From Promethearchaeum syntrophicum (GTDB taxonomy: Archaea; Asgardarchaeota; Lokiarchaeia; Sigyniarchaeales; Promethearchaeaceae): a DNA stretch of 32,000 nucleotides. The DNA lies in NCBI RefSeq assembly GCF_008000775.2, contig NZ_CP042905.2, forward strand, positions 1,650,001 to 1,682,000. Direction: 5' to 3'. Below are positions 19,130 to 27,794 of the stretch, one piece after another (the first letter of the stretch is position 1; each line of letters opens with the position of its first letter). The notes under the pieces were generated by a model, which worked only from the letters and a program-made list of their open reading frames with translations, did not search any database and had not been told where the DNA came from. The position numbers and the translations under genes are program-made.

Positions 19130-19930
19130 TTATTTTCCTAACTTGACAGCTGCTTCTATTATTGGTTTCAATTTTTCTGCTGAAAGTGATGCTCCGCCAA
19201 TCAACCCTCCATTTATTTCTCCTATATTTAATAAACCTTCACAATTACTGGCTTTCATGGAACCACCATATTGAATGAGGATATTTTTCCCTTCATCTCC
19301 AAACTTGTTAATCAATAATTTTCGGATGAAAATATGATTTTTTTCGGCTTCCTCAGGTGTAGCGGTCTTTATTTCTGAATTTGGATTTAGAAATTTGTTA
19401 TTGATTGCCCATACTGGTTCATATGCAATTGTTATTAGATTTAATTGTTCTCGAGGTATATCTGCCATTGATTCATCAATTTGAGTTCTAAGGACGGTTT
19501 CCGTGTGTCCTTCTTCCTTTTCTTTTGCAGTCTCTCCTATACATAAGACAGGTTTCAAGCCTTTTTCTAAGGCTTTTTTTACTTTCTGATTTATTACAGC
19601 ATCAGATTCTCCAAAAATTCTCCTCCTCTCACTATGACCCAAAATAACATATTCACAACCCGCATCTAAAAGTGAATCTGGTGAAATTTCACCTGTAAAA
19701 GCTCCTTTGTCTCGAAAATACATGTTTTGGCCTGCAAGTTTCAATTTGGTGCCTTTGATAGCTTGACCTACTGAATACAGTGCATTGAAAGAAGGAGCTA
19801 TAAAAACATCAACAGTTTCTGTAAGAATTCCGGATATAGTTGTTGCCAATTCTGTGGCTATGGAAACTGCTTCTTCTACATTGAGAATTTGCATTTTCCA
19901 ATTTCCACCTATGATAAATTTTTTTCTCAT
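19130..19930 (-). CDS. tpiA: Triosephosphate isomerase, bacterial/eukaryotic-type
   Basis: MRKKFIIGGNWKM (likely start at 19930 rather than 19996), VILGHSERRRIFGE, IAYEPVWAI, IQYGGSM, GGASL. Confidence 0.92.
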   Translation of the reverse strand: MRKKFIIGGNWKMQILNVEEAVSIATELATTISGILTETVDVFIAPSFNALYSVGQAIKGTKLKLAGQNMYFRDKGAFTGEISPDSLLDAGCEYVILGHSERRRIFGESDAVINQKVKKALEKGLKPVLCIGETAKEKEEGHTETVLRTQIDESMADIPREQLNLITIAYEPVWAINNKFLNPNSEIKTATPEEAEKNHIFIRKLLINKFGDEGKNILIQYGGSMKASNCEGLLNIGEINGGLIGGASLSAEKLKPIIEAAVKLGK

Positions 19931-19946
19931 ACATCTATTAAGAATT

Positions 19947-20489
19947 TTATTTTGAAAAGTATTTGTGAATTTCTTTTCGATAGAATTTAAAATCAAAATT
20001 TAAATTGTTTTTGCTTGGAATTATTTCTAATTTTGCCCGAGAATGCTGAATAGGACCTCGTGGTTCTTGCCAAGTAAGTTGTATGAAATTTTCTTCATGG
20101 ATATTGAATGTAGATCCATAGGAATATTTAGTGAAAACTTTTGATACAGTATCTTTATTTTTCGTTTTAATAACTATGCAATTACTTGTTTCGTTAAATA
20201 ATCGTGTTTGATTTCTCCAATCAGTAACGGAAAAGAAAACTCCAAAATCAGCATGAGAATGTCCCAATCCCAAAACCTCTAAATTCGACTCCTTGATTTT
20301 TGATTTTAATTTTAAAATATTCTTTCCTTCTCCTTCAACAAAAGCATGAGATACATGCTGATAGGGAATAATTATATCTTGGATAAATTTATCTCCTAAA
20401 AATAACCAATATGAATCTACTACATGATTTAATGCTTCAAAGGCTGATTTTACAATCCATTTTACTTTTTTATAAGCAAATTCTGAAAT
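19947..20489 (-). CDS. JAMM/MPN+ metalloprotease-like domain protein; start codon unresolved, possibly disrupted
   Basis: GHSHADFGVFFSVTD fits the JAMM signature HxHx7SxxD. The open frame extends upstream of the track ORF (to a TAA at 20502-20504): FLKKISEFAYKKVKWIVKSAFEALNHVVDSYWLFLGDKFIQDIIIPYQHVSHAFVEGEGKNILKLKSKIKESNLEVLGLGHSH. Confidence 0.75.
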   Translation of the reverse strand: MSEFAYKKVKWIVKSAFEALNHVVDSYWLFLGDKFIQDIIIPYQHVSHAFVEGEGKNILKLKSKIKESNLEVLGLGHSHADFGVFFSVTDWRNQTRLFNETSNCIVIKTKNKDTVSKVFTKYSYGSTFNIHEENFIQLTWQEPRGPIQHSRAKLEIIPSKNNLNFDFKFYRKEIHKYFSK

Positions 20490-20763
20490 TTTTTTGAGAA
20501 ATTAGATTTTCTAAACCAATTTCTCGATATTTATATTTTTATTGTCGGTTTAAAATTTTATGTTGGGAATTAAAGAGATCTTCAAATGAGGGTGCAATTT
20601 TCATTTCTATATATGTTCTGTGAATGTTAGATTAAAAAAAAATTAAGGATCACTTTTTAATAGATAATTTCTATTAAAGCTTAAAAATTAAGAAAGAAAA
20701 CACTTAAATAATATATCTAACAAAATTATTGAATATCCTTCAAAAAGGAGTCTTCGTTTAAAA

Positions 20764-23418
20764 ATGCTGAAAAATATCAATGGAGATTTAGCGGAATTAT
20801 TAAATTTTAAGGAAGAATATACATTCTTAGCTGGAGCGGGAGTTTCTATGGATTCTCCTTCAAATTTACCTTCAGCATTTGACATTTTAAAAAATTTAAT
20901 TTCAATTTATGGACCAGAAGAGGAATATAATAACCTAATTTCAATAAAAGATCTAAAATTCGAATCAATAATTGATCATATTAATCGTAGTTATGATGAA
21001 AATGTTGTATTTTTAGATTATTTTAATTTACAACATCACCCTAATTTTAATCATTTTTTTTTAGCTCGAGCAATTTTAAAGAATCACTATGTAATAACGA
21101 CCAATTTTGATTATATGATTGAATATGCTTTGTTAAATCTTCTTGAAGATAATAAAATCAGAAAAGAAATGATTAAAGTCATCATCACTCCATCAGATTA
21201 CAAAAATCTAAAATTACTAGAAAGTAATTTGAAAAACGAAAATTATTTTTTACTCAAAATTCATGGATCAAAACAAGATATTATTGGAAATAGAATTACT
21301 AAAGGGAGTCTAAAAGTTACAGAATCTCAGTTAGGAAAAGGATTGGAAAAAAAAGAGACTTTTGGTATTGAAAGTTTCAAAAAAGAAGTAATAAATAATA
21401 TGTTTGAAGGGAGAATACTTTTTATATTAGGATATTCTGCTAGCGATGATTTTGATATATCGCCTGTTCTTCAAGAAGCAAATAATCTCAAAGCTTTAAT
21501 TTGGATTGAACACTCTAGGGAGAACAAAATTGAAATCTTAAAAATTGTAGGTGAGCAGTATTTTAATGAGTTAAAGGTTAATTCAAATTCTTTAACACTT
21601 CTTCAAAATATGAGCAAAACACATAAATTTCCCATATATTATATTAAAACAAATACTGCTGATTTTTTATTCCAATATTTATCCAAAGATGTTCTTAACA
21701 CGTTCCCAGAGTATCTCAATGAGCACATCATACCATTTTCTAAAGAAATTCCAGAATATAATAATTGGTTACAGAATAATATAAATTTTAAAAATGTAAC
21801 AGATCACGAAAAATGGCTATTTGCATGGAAATTTTATTATATGAGCGGAGATCTCGAAAATCAGCAGCGATGTTTAAACAAAGCATACAATTTTGTCATT
21901 GAAACCACCGATGAAGAAAAAAAATCGACTATCTTAAACAATTTAGGGTATATTTACTATAAAAAAGGCAATTTTAATAAAGCCGTAGAATATTTCAAAA
22001 ATTCTATTAAAATAGATGAGAATTTGAATAAATTTGGAAAAACTGCAGCAGCTTATATTAATCTCGGAAACATATATTTAAAAAAACATCAATATAAAGA
22101 ATCGATTTTTAATTATAAAAAAATTATTGAATATTCAGCAAAAAGCAAAATCTCCTCAGAATATTTGTCTACAGCTTATAATAATATAGGATCTGCCTAC
22201 GACGCCCTAAATGAAAAAAAAAAGGCATCTGAATATTATGAAAAAGCCCTTAGTATTGATGAAAAACATGGAAATATTAGCAGTAAAGCAGCAATATTGA
22301 ATAATATTGGAGAATCCTATAGAGAAAAAGGAGATTTCCAAACTGCATTAAAATATTTTAATGATTCATTAAAGATCAGAGAATCTATGGGAACACAACA
22401 TGAAATGGCAACAGTTTTAAATAATATTGCTTATATTAAATCCTCTCTAGGAGAATATAAAGAAGCATTAGAGTTTTATACTAAAGCTCTAAGAATTGAT
22501 GAGAAATACAATGATATTGAAGGTAAATTATTGCGATTAAATAATATCGGAAGAACTTATATTAAAATGAAGGATTTTAATAAAGCAAATGATCATTTAT
22601 TAAAATCTTTAGCTTATTCTGAACAAATTAATAGAAAGGATTGGGTTTATAGTTATTATTTATCTTTAGGGGTGTCGTTTCAAGAAAAATGGCTTCAAAA
22701 TAAATTAGATCAACAATCTATCACAAAAGCTATTGAGTACAAGAAAAAAAGTTTAGAAATTGCTCGAATGATCAATGATATGAATGATATTGCTTTAAGT
22801 CTATCAGAATTAGGGAAAATTTATGAACTGTCGCATACTTATGAAGAAGCTTTATTAAATTATAAAGAATCGATTGAAATCTTTGAAAAACTTAATTCTA
22901 ATTATGATATTGCGATAGTCTCTAATCAGATGGGACAAATTTATTTAGCCCAAAACAACATTGATATGGCCATTCCTAAAATTCAAAGAGCCCTGAAATT
23001 GGATGAGAATCAAAGAAATCATATGTATTATTGTGATAATTTAGGGACTTGCTATTATAAAAAAAAAGATTTTAATAAATCCATAGAATATCATTCTAAG
23101 GCAGTTGAATTAACGAAACTGTATCACGATACTTACAAAGAAGCAGAATATTTATTGAATTTATCTAAAGCATATGGACATCTAAAAAATATAAACAAGG
23201 CAATAGAACTTATTAATCAAGCTAAATATTTAGATAAAAGCGATTTAATTCAAGCAAGAAGTAATCAATGGCTAGGAGCATATCTTAAAAATTTCAAAAA
23301 AGATTTTATTAATGCAAAAAAATACTATACCACTGCTTTGAACATATATACAAAATTGGATACCAAAGAATATGAAGATTTAATAAATTGGATAAAAAAG
23401 GAACTTAGTCAAATGTAA
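20764..23418 (+). CDS. SIR2-like domain fused to a long TPR array; candidate NADase/defence-type protein
   Basis: N-terminus: FLAGAGVSMDSPSNLP, VITTNFDYMIEYAL, LLKIHGS, ILFILGYSASDDFD. C-terminal ~500 aa are TPR units such as ILNNIGESYREKGDFQTALKYFNDSLKIRE. Confidence 0.85.
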   Translation: MLKNINGDLAELLNFKEEYTFLAGAGVSMDSPSNLPSAFDILKNLISIYGPEEEYNNLISIKDLKFESIIDHINRSYDENVVFLDYFNLQHHPNFNHFFLARAILKNHYVITTNFDYMIEYALLNLLEDNKIRKEMIKVIITPSDYKNLKLLESNLKNENYFLLKIHGSKQDIIGNRITKGSLKVTESQLGKGLEKKETFGIESFKKEVINNMFEGRILFILGYSASDDFDISPVLQEANNLKALIWIEHSRENKIEILKIVGEQYFNELKVNSNSLTLLQNMSKTHKFPIYYIKTNTADFLFQYLSKDVLNTFPEYLNEHIIPFSKEIPEYNNWLQNNINFKNVTDHEKWLFAWKFYYMSGDLENQQRCLNKAYNFVIETTDEEKKSTILNNLGYIYYKKGNFNKAVEYFKNSIKIDENLNKFGKTAAAYINLGNIYLKKHQYKESIFNYKKIIEYSAKSKISSEYLSTAYNNIGSAYDALNEKKKASEYYEKALSIDEKHGNISSKAAILNNIGESYREKGDFQTALKYFNDSLKIRESMGTQHEMATVLNNIAYIKSSLGEYKEALEFYTKALRIDEKYNDIEGKLLRLNNIGRTYIKMKDFNKANDHLLKSLAYSEQINRKDWVYSYYLSLGVSFQEKWLQNKLDQQSITKAIEYKKKSLEIARMINDMNDIALSLSELGKIYELSHTYEEALLNYKESIEIFEKLNSNYDIAIVSNQMGQIYLAQNNIDMAIPKIQRALKLDENQRNHMYYCDNLGTCYYKKKDFNKSIEYHSKAVELTKLYHDTYKEAEYLLNLSKAYGHLKNINKAIELINQAKYLDKSDLIQARSNQWLGAYLKNFKKDFINAKKYYTTALNIYTKLDTKEYEDLINWIKKELSQM

Positions 23419-23483
23419 TTATGAAAGGTTATTGAGAAAACCAATTAAAAAATAATCAAAATAACTCCAAATTTCACCTGATT

Positions 23484-24257
23484 TTATTTATAATAATTTT
23501 TTACAACAGGCTCTAATGCAGTAATTAAAGGAATCGCAATAAAAATTCCCGAAAGTACTTGCAAAATATTAAGAGGGATTTCAATTACAGCCGCATTTAA
23601 TGGATTAGAAAAATATCCGGGCGAGATTAAATTTAATATTAAAGACTCATAAAGGAAATACCCCAAAACCATAGCCATACCTCCTGCCATCATTGAGAGT
23701 ATCTTTACACTGATATTTTTTTGGACTGTAAGTCCCAAAATCCAGATGATAACTGCTAAGATTACTCCCAGTATGATAATTGGAAAGACGCCATCTGCAA
23801 AAATTGCCATTAATCCGCCTGCTACTACCCCAAGAATAATTGTAAAGATTCTCCAATTATTCTTTAAATTTTCATTAGACTGGAGATATTTAAACACTAA
23901 GCCTACAATAAATCCTTCTGCTCCCTTCGCAATAAAAGTTCCCGGGGCAAAAATTGCATAAGGTCCTAAAATATCGGCAAAAGCAGCTCCAACACCACCA
24001 ACAAATGCCCCGATATAAGGACCAAATAATACAGCTGTAAAATAGATTAAACCTTCACCGACATTGAAATATCCTGTTGTTGCGGGAATTGGAATAGATA
24101 CCGTAGTTGTTAATATGGTTTCTAAAGCAGTTAATATGCCCATAATAGCAATATTTAATATGACAGTGCGTCTTTTGTTATCTGGAACATCTCTTTCCAC
24201 CTTTAAAGCGATATTAGGTTGAACATTTTCAATTTCCATAATTTTCACCATATTCAA
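23484..24257 (-). CDS. ECF transporter S component-like membrane protein
   Basis: Hydrophobic; TGYFNVGEGLIYFTAVLFGPYIGAFVGGVGAAFADILGPYAIFAPGTFIAKGAEGFIVG typical of S components. Confidence 0.75.
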   Translation of the reverse strand: MNMVKIMEIENVQPNIALKVERDVPDNKRRTVILNIAIMGILTALETILTTTVSIPIPATTGYFNVGEGLIYFTAVLFGPYIGAFVGGVGAAFADILGPYAIFAPGTFIAKGAEGFIVGLVFKYLQSNENLKNNWRIFTIILGVVAGGLMAIFADGVFPIIILGVILAVIIWILGLTVQKNISVKILSMMAGGMAMVLGYFLYESLILNLISPGYFSNPLNAAVIEIPLNILQVLSGIFIAIPLITALEPVVKNYYK

Positions 24258-24375
24258 AATGAAACTTTAGTATTCAAATATTCAAAAGGTAACTTTAATA
24301 TTAAAATTTTAGGGATTTTTTTTTGAGTTAGAGATTAATACTTTTATTATTAGTTAAAAATTAGTGGTGAAATAA

Positions 24376-25287
24376 ATGGCTAGAAAAATTTTTATTAAGA
24401 AAGAAACAGGAACCTTTTCTAGCGAAAAATTGGTTAGTTGGCTTGCAAAAACGGAAAAAAGAATATCTAATGTGCAATATGGAAAAGATTTTGAAAATTT
24501 AAAGCTTGTAATCATAAAATTACTTTCTAAAATTAAAAAAGAACCACATTTAGCTGGGTTTGAACCCCGGTTAGTTTTATTATTAAAAGATTGCAATTTA
24601 AATATTCAATTTATCAGACGTAACGATGATTGTTGGAGCTTAGTCAAAGAGGGCCGTTTTAATGAAGCTCTTGAAGAAATTATTCAGACTCTTAAAGATA
24701 TCAATTCCCATCCCGATAAAGATTTAATTCGGCCTGATATTAAGGGGATAATTGTAGATTCAGTAAAAAAAATTTCAGAACAGGTTGATTCTGAGGTAAA
24801 AATTCTACCACAACTTAATCTTCCAAAATCAAATATTAAAACCCTTAACCCTTTAAGTTCACCAAAATCTCCCTCTCAATCAATACAAACAACTGGCAAT
24901 ACTTTCAAGCCAGATATTGAAAAATTTCATCCTTTTGATATATCTGCTCCAATTGAAAATCCATTTAAATTTATAGATGATGAAAAAATACCTCAAAAGG
25001 TAAGAGATGTAAATTCTGAAACTTATTTTAAATCGAAACATTTAAACCACAAAGATAGTAAAATTGAACCTTATTTAGATCCTTTTCCGAAACCTAATCA
25101 ATCCCAGGATTTATCAAAAGATCAATTGAATTCTATTAGTGAATATTGGTTAAAAAAAGGGAAGAATAAAATAATGCAACATAAGAATTCCACTGATATT
25201 GTAACTCAAAAAATTGCTCAATCAAATCAAGATGATTTCAATTTAGAAAAGAAAAAAAAAACTAATAATCCATGGCCAGCTAAATGA
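24376..25287 (+). CDS. Hypothetical protein; ordered N-terminal ~110 aa, Pro/Ser/Asn-rich remainder
   Basis: Complete 303-codon ORF; no family recognised. Confidence 0.5.
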   Translation: MARKIFIKKETGTFSSEKLVSWLAKTEKRISNVQYGKDFENLKLVIIKLLSKIKKEPHLAGFEPRLVLLLKDCNLNIQFIRRNDDCWSLVKEGRFNEALEEIIQTLKDINSHPDKDLIRPDIKGIIVDSVKKISEQVDSEVKILPQLNLPKSNIKTLNPLSSPKSPSQSIQTTGNTFKPDIEKFHPFDISAPIENPFKFIDDEKIPQKVRDVNSETYFKSKHLNHKDSKIEPYLDPFPKPNQSQDLSKDQLNSISEYWLKKGKNKIMQHKNSTDIVTQKIAQSNQDDFNLEKKKKTNNPWPAK

Positions 25288-25295
25288 GAAAATAA

Positions 25296-26678
25296 CTAAA
25301 TCTCTCTAAGATCGATAATTTCGCGCATTTTATTAAGGATATCAATCCCTTTATTTGTAATTATACACTTTTTTGTGTTGCCGACTTCTTGAAATTTAAT
25401 TAAACCATCTTGATTTAATGAGTCTAAATGGTGATAAATAGATTGAATTGTTTTCTTCTTACCTAAACTAGCCCAAATAGCATATCCATGAGTAGTATTT
25501 TTATTTTCCGCAATAATATTAAGAATTTCAAACCTTCGAGTGGAAGTTTCTGAAAGACCCCAAACGGTTTTCTTTAAATTTCTCATCCGGAATGCAAATT
25601 TGTTTAAAGCATTCAACCCAGAACCAGTTAAAATGGCAACAGTTTTTTGAGGATTAATGTCTTTTGGTGTTAAGTTTTTTGCTGCGGATATAACTGAAGC
25701 AGACGCGGGTTCAATAAACAATCCCTCCTTCATTGCTACTTCAGAAGCATCCTTTATCATATCTAAAGCATCTATTGAGATTTCTTTTCCATGAGTTTTT
25801 TTTATAATCTTTTTTATTTGATTTATTAGAGGAGGAGCTTTCATTTCTAATGATTCAGCAAAATGAGAACTTGACGAACTTTTCAAAGACACTGCAAAAA
25901 TTTTAGGAAATTTACTTATCCAACCTGATTCAATAGCGTCTTCAAAGCCTCGATAAATTGAAAGTAATAAGGTTCCAGATCCACGTGGAATGATAACATT
26001 ATCAATATCTTTTAATTGTAAAATTAATTCTAACCCTATTGTTTTTTGGCCTTCGATGGTAAGTAAATTATCATTTGGTATTGGAAAATACCCCTTTTTT
26101 TCTAAAGTATAGTTTTTGGCCGATTTTATGGCTTCATCTAAATTTTTATTCGTGTCGATAATTTTTGTTCCATACATCTTCAATTGTTCAATTTTCGAAA
26201 GATCTAAGTTTCCCGGAATAAAAGTAGTTGATTTTAGTGCTGCTTGGCTTGCATACGCCGCTAAGCTTATGCTAAATGATCCAGTGCTTGCTCCAATTAT
26301 TTCCTTACTTTTCTTTGATAATGCATCGGAAACTATCAGAGAACTGGCCCTATCTCGGAATGAACTAGTGGGATTTCTGAATTCTAACTTAATATTTACG
26401 TCTTTAATTTCAGGAATATTTCTAATTTGGATTATCGGTGTATTTCCCTCAACTAATGAAGCGATTTCTGAAAATTTTGGGAGAAATGGGTTTAATGACC
26501 ACATTGATTTTAAGTTAATTTTGCTTTTTTGTGGACCTTTTATGGGTTGGATTGAAATTAAGTTATTACAGTGAGGACACCATAAAAAAGGTTCATTAAA
26601 TTCTTGTCCACACTCATTACATGTTGGCTTTTTCACCCATTGTAATTCCATTATAAATCCCTCCTCTATTATAATCAA
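25296..26678 (-). CDS. Threonine-synthase-like (PLP fold type II) protein lacking the PLP lysine, with N-terminal zinc ribbon and C-terminal winged helix
   Basis: CNECGQEF...CPHC ribbon; EFRNPTSSFRDRASS; ASTGSFSISLAAYA; IIPRGSGTLLLSIYRGF; TRRFEILNIIAENKNTTHGYAIWASLGKKKTIQSIYHHLDSLNQDGLI wHTH. The track start may be upstream of the true start at MELQW. Confidence 0.8.
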   Translation of the reverse strand: MIIIEEGFIMELQWVKKPTCNECGQEFNEPFLWCPHCNNLISIQPIKGPQKSKINLKSMWSLNPFLPKFSEIASLVEGNTPIIQIRNIPEIKDVNIKLEFRNPTSSFRDRASSLIVSDALSKKSKEIIGASTGSFSISLAAYASQAALKSTTFIPGNLDLSKIEQLKMYGTKIIDTNKNLDEAIKSAKNYTLEKKGYFPIPNDNLLTIEGQKTIGLELILQLKDIDNVIIPRGSGTLLLSIYRGFEDAIESGWISKFPKIFAVSLKSSSSSHFAESLEMKAPPLINQIKKIIKKTHGKEISIDALDMIKDASEVAMKEGLFIEPASASVISAAKNLTPKDINPQKTVAILTGSGLNALNKFAFRMRNLKKTVWGLSETSTRRFEILNIIAENKNTTHGYAIWASLGKKKTIQSIYHHLDSLNQDGLIKFQEVGNTKKCIITNKGIDILNKMREIIDLREI

Positions 26679-26697
26679 TGCTCTTGCATTATAAAAA

Positions 26698-27645
26698 TTA
26701 AGGCGTCATGAAAATTACGAATGCAATTCCAATTGTTATAAACACAACACCAATCAAAGATCTCCAACTAATTTTTTCATTATTAAAAATGTAATCAAGA
26801 GGGATCGCGATTAATGGCGCAGCTGTTGAAAAAAGTGACATAATGGTGGCTCCTGCTGTTCGAGCTGCTTCTGTATAAAGATAAGCTCCAAGACTAGTTC
26901 CAATTATTGACCCTATAAGTAACCATCCCCATGCTCTTTTGCTTTTTTTTACTGAAATTTTTCCATCTGAATGCTTTACCATTCCCATAAGAATTATAAA
27001 AGCAAACGGAAATCGAACAACATTGGCTAAAACTGAGCTTGTTTCTTGAACTCCAGTAATGATAGTTATTTCATTTACTGAATAATCAATAATAACTAAT
27101 CCTATTGCCCATGCTATAGAAGCAATAAAAGCTAACAATATAGCTCGCCATGATTTTTTATTTTGTTCATTTTCCGTATATTTATTAATTTCTAAATTAC
27201 TAGCAATATTTTTTGCATTTCTCACTCCACTATTAATGAGAATAACACCTATACTGATAAAAATGAAGGAAATAATAATTATATAATTAAATTCATCATC
27301 TAAAAAGATAATCGAAAGAATATATGTAAATAAAGGGAAAGTCAAGGCAATTGCTATTGTTTGAGTAACACCTAATTCTTTTTGGGCCATAAAATAAGCA
27401 GTATCGCCCACAACTTGTCCAAATATGAAGGATAATATCAACCATACCCATAATATTATTGGAAATTGAAAAATTAGCGGAAAAACTCCAGAAATTGCTG
27501 CAACAATCCAAAATGTTATGATACCGATAAAAGTACGAACAGCATTGATATAAGTAGGGGAAACCTCACCTTCGACCCTACGAAATATTATATTTGAACT
27601 CACAAACGTTAGAACAGCTAAAAAGGCTAATATCCATCCTTGCAT
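26698..27645 (-). CDS. EamA/DMT-family transporter
   Basis: About ten hydrophobic segments in two halves; ends PLIAIPLDYIFNNEKISWRSLIGVVFITIGIAFVIF. Confidence 0.8.
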   Translation of the reverse strand: MQGWILAFLAVLTFVSSNIIFRRVEGEVSPTYINAVRTFIGIITFWIVAAISGVFPLIFQFPIILWVWLILSFIFGQVVGDTAYFMAQKELGVTQTIAIALTFPLFTYILSIIFLDDEFNYIIIISFIFISIGVILINSGVRNAKNIASNLEINKYTENEQNKKSWRAILLAFIASIAWAIGLVIIDYSVNEITIITGVQETSSVLANVVRFPFAFIILMGMVKHSDGKISVKKSKRAWGWLLIGSIIGTSLGAYLYTEAARTAGATIMSLFSTAAPLIAIPLDYIFNNEKISWRSLIGVVFITIGIAFVIFMTP

Positions 27646-27794
27646 ATCTCTTTGAAACCTTTCTCCAAAAAAAAGGCTTCTTTTTCATGATATTATTTCA
27701 ATGTCAAAATTTATAACGAAAAAATCAGATCTATATATTGTTCTATATATAGAAATGAAGCTTTAAGTTCTTTGGGCGTTATTTACAACCTATT

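Noticed and set aside
20688-20885. Minus-strand 65-aa ORF
   Set aside because: Antisense to the SIR2-TPR start; low complexity.
21900-23400. Nucleotide-level tandem repeats or a CRISPR-like array in the SIR2-TPR gene
   Set aside because: The periodicity is protein-level TPR units of varying DNA sequence inside one ORF, not nucleotide repeats with spacers.
23647-24596. Short ORFs 23647..23856, 23746..23961 (plus) and 24354..24596 (minus)
   Set aside because: Antisense to the ECF S-component gene or to the 24376..25287 gene.
26116-27511. Plus-strand ORFs 26116..26574 and 27296..27511
   Set aside because: Antisense to the threonine-synthase-like and EamA genes.
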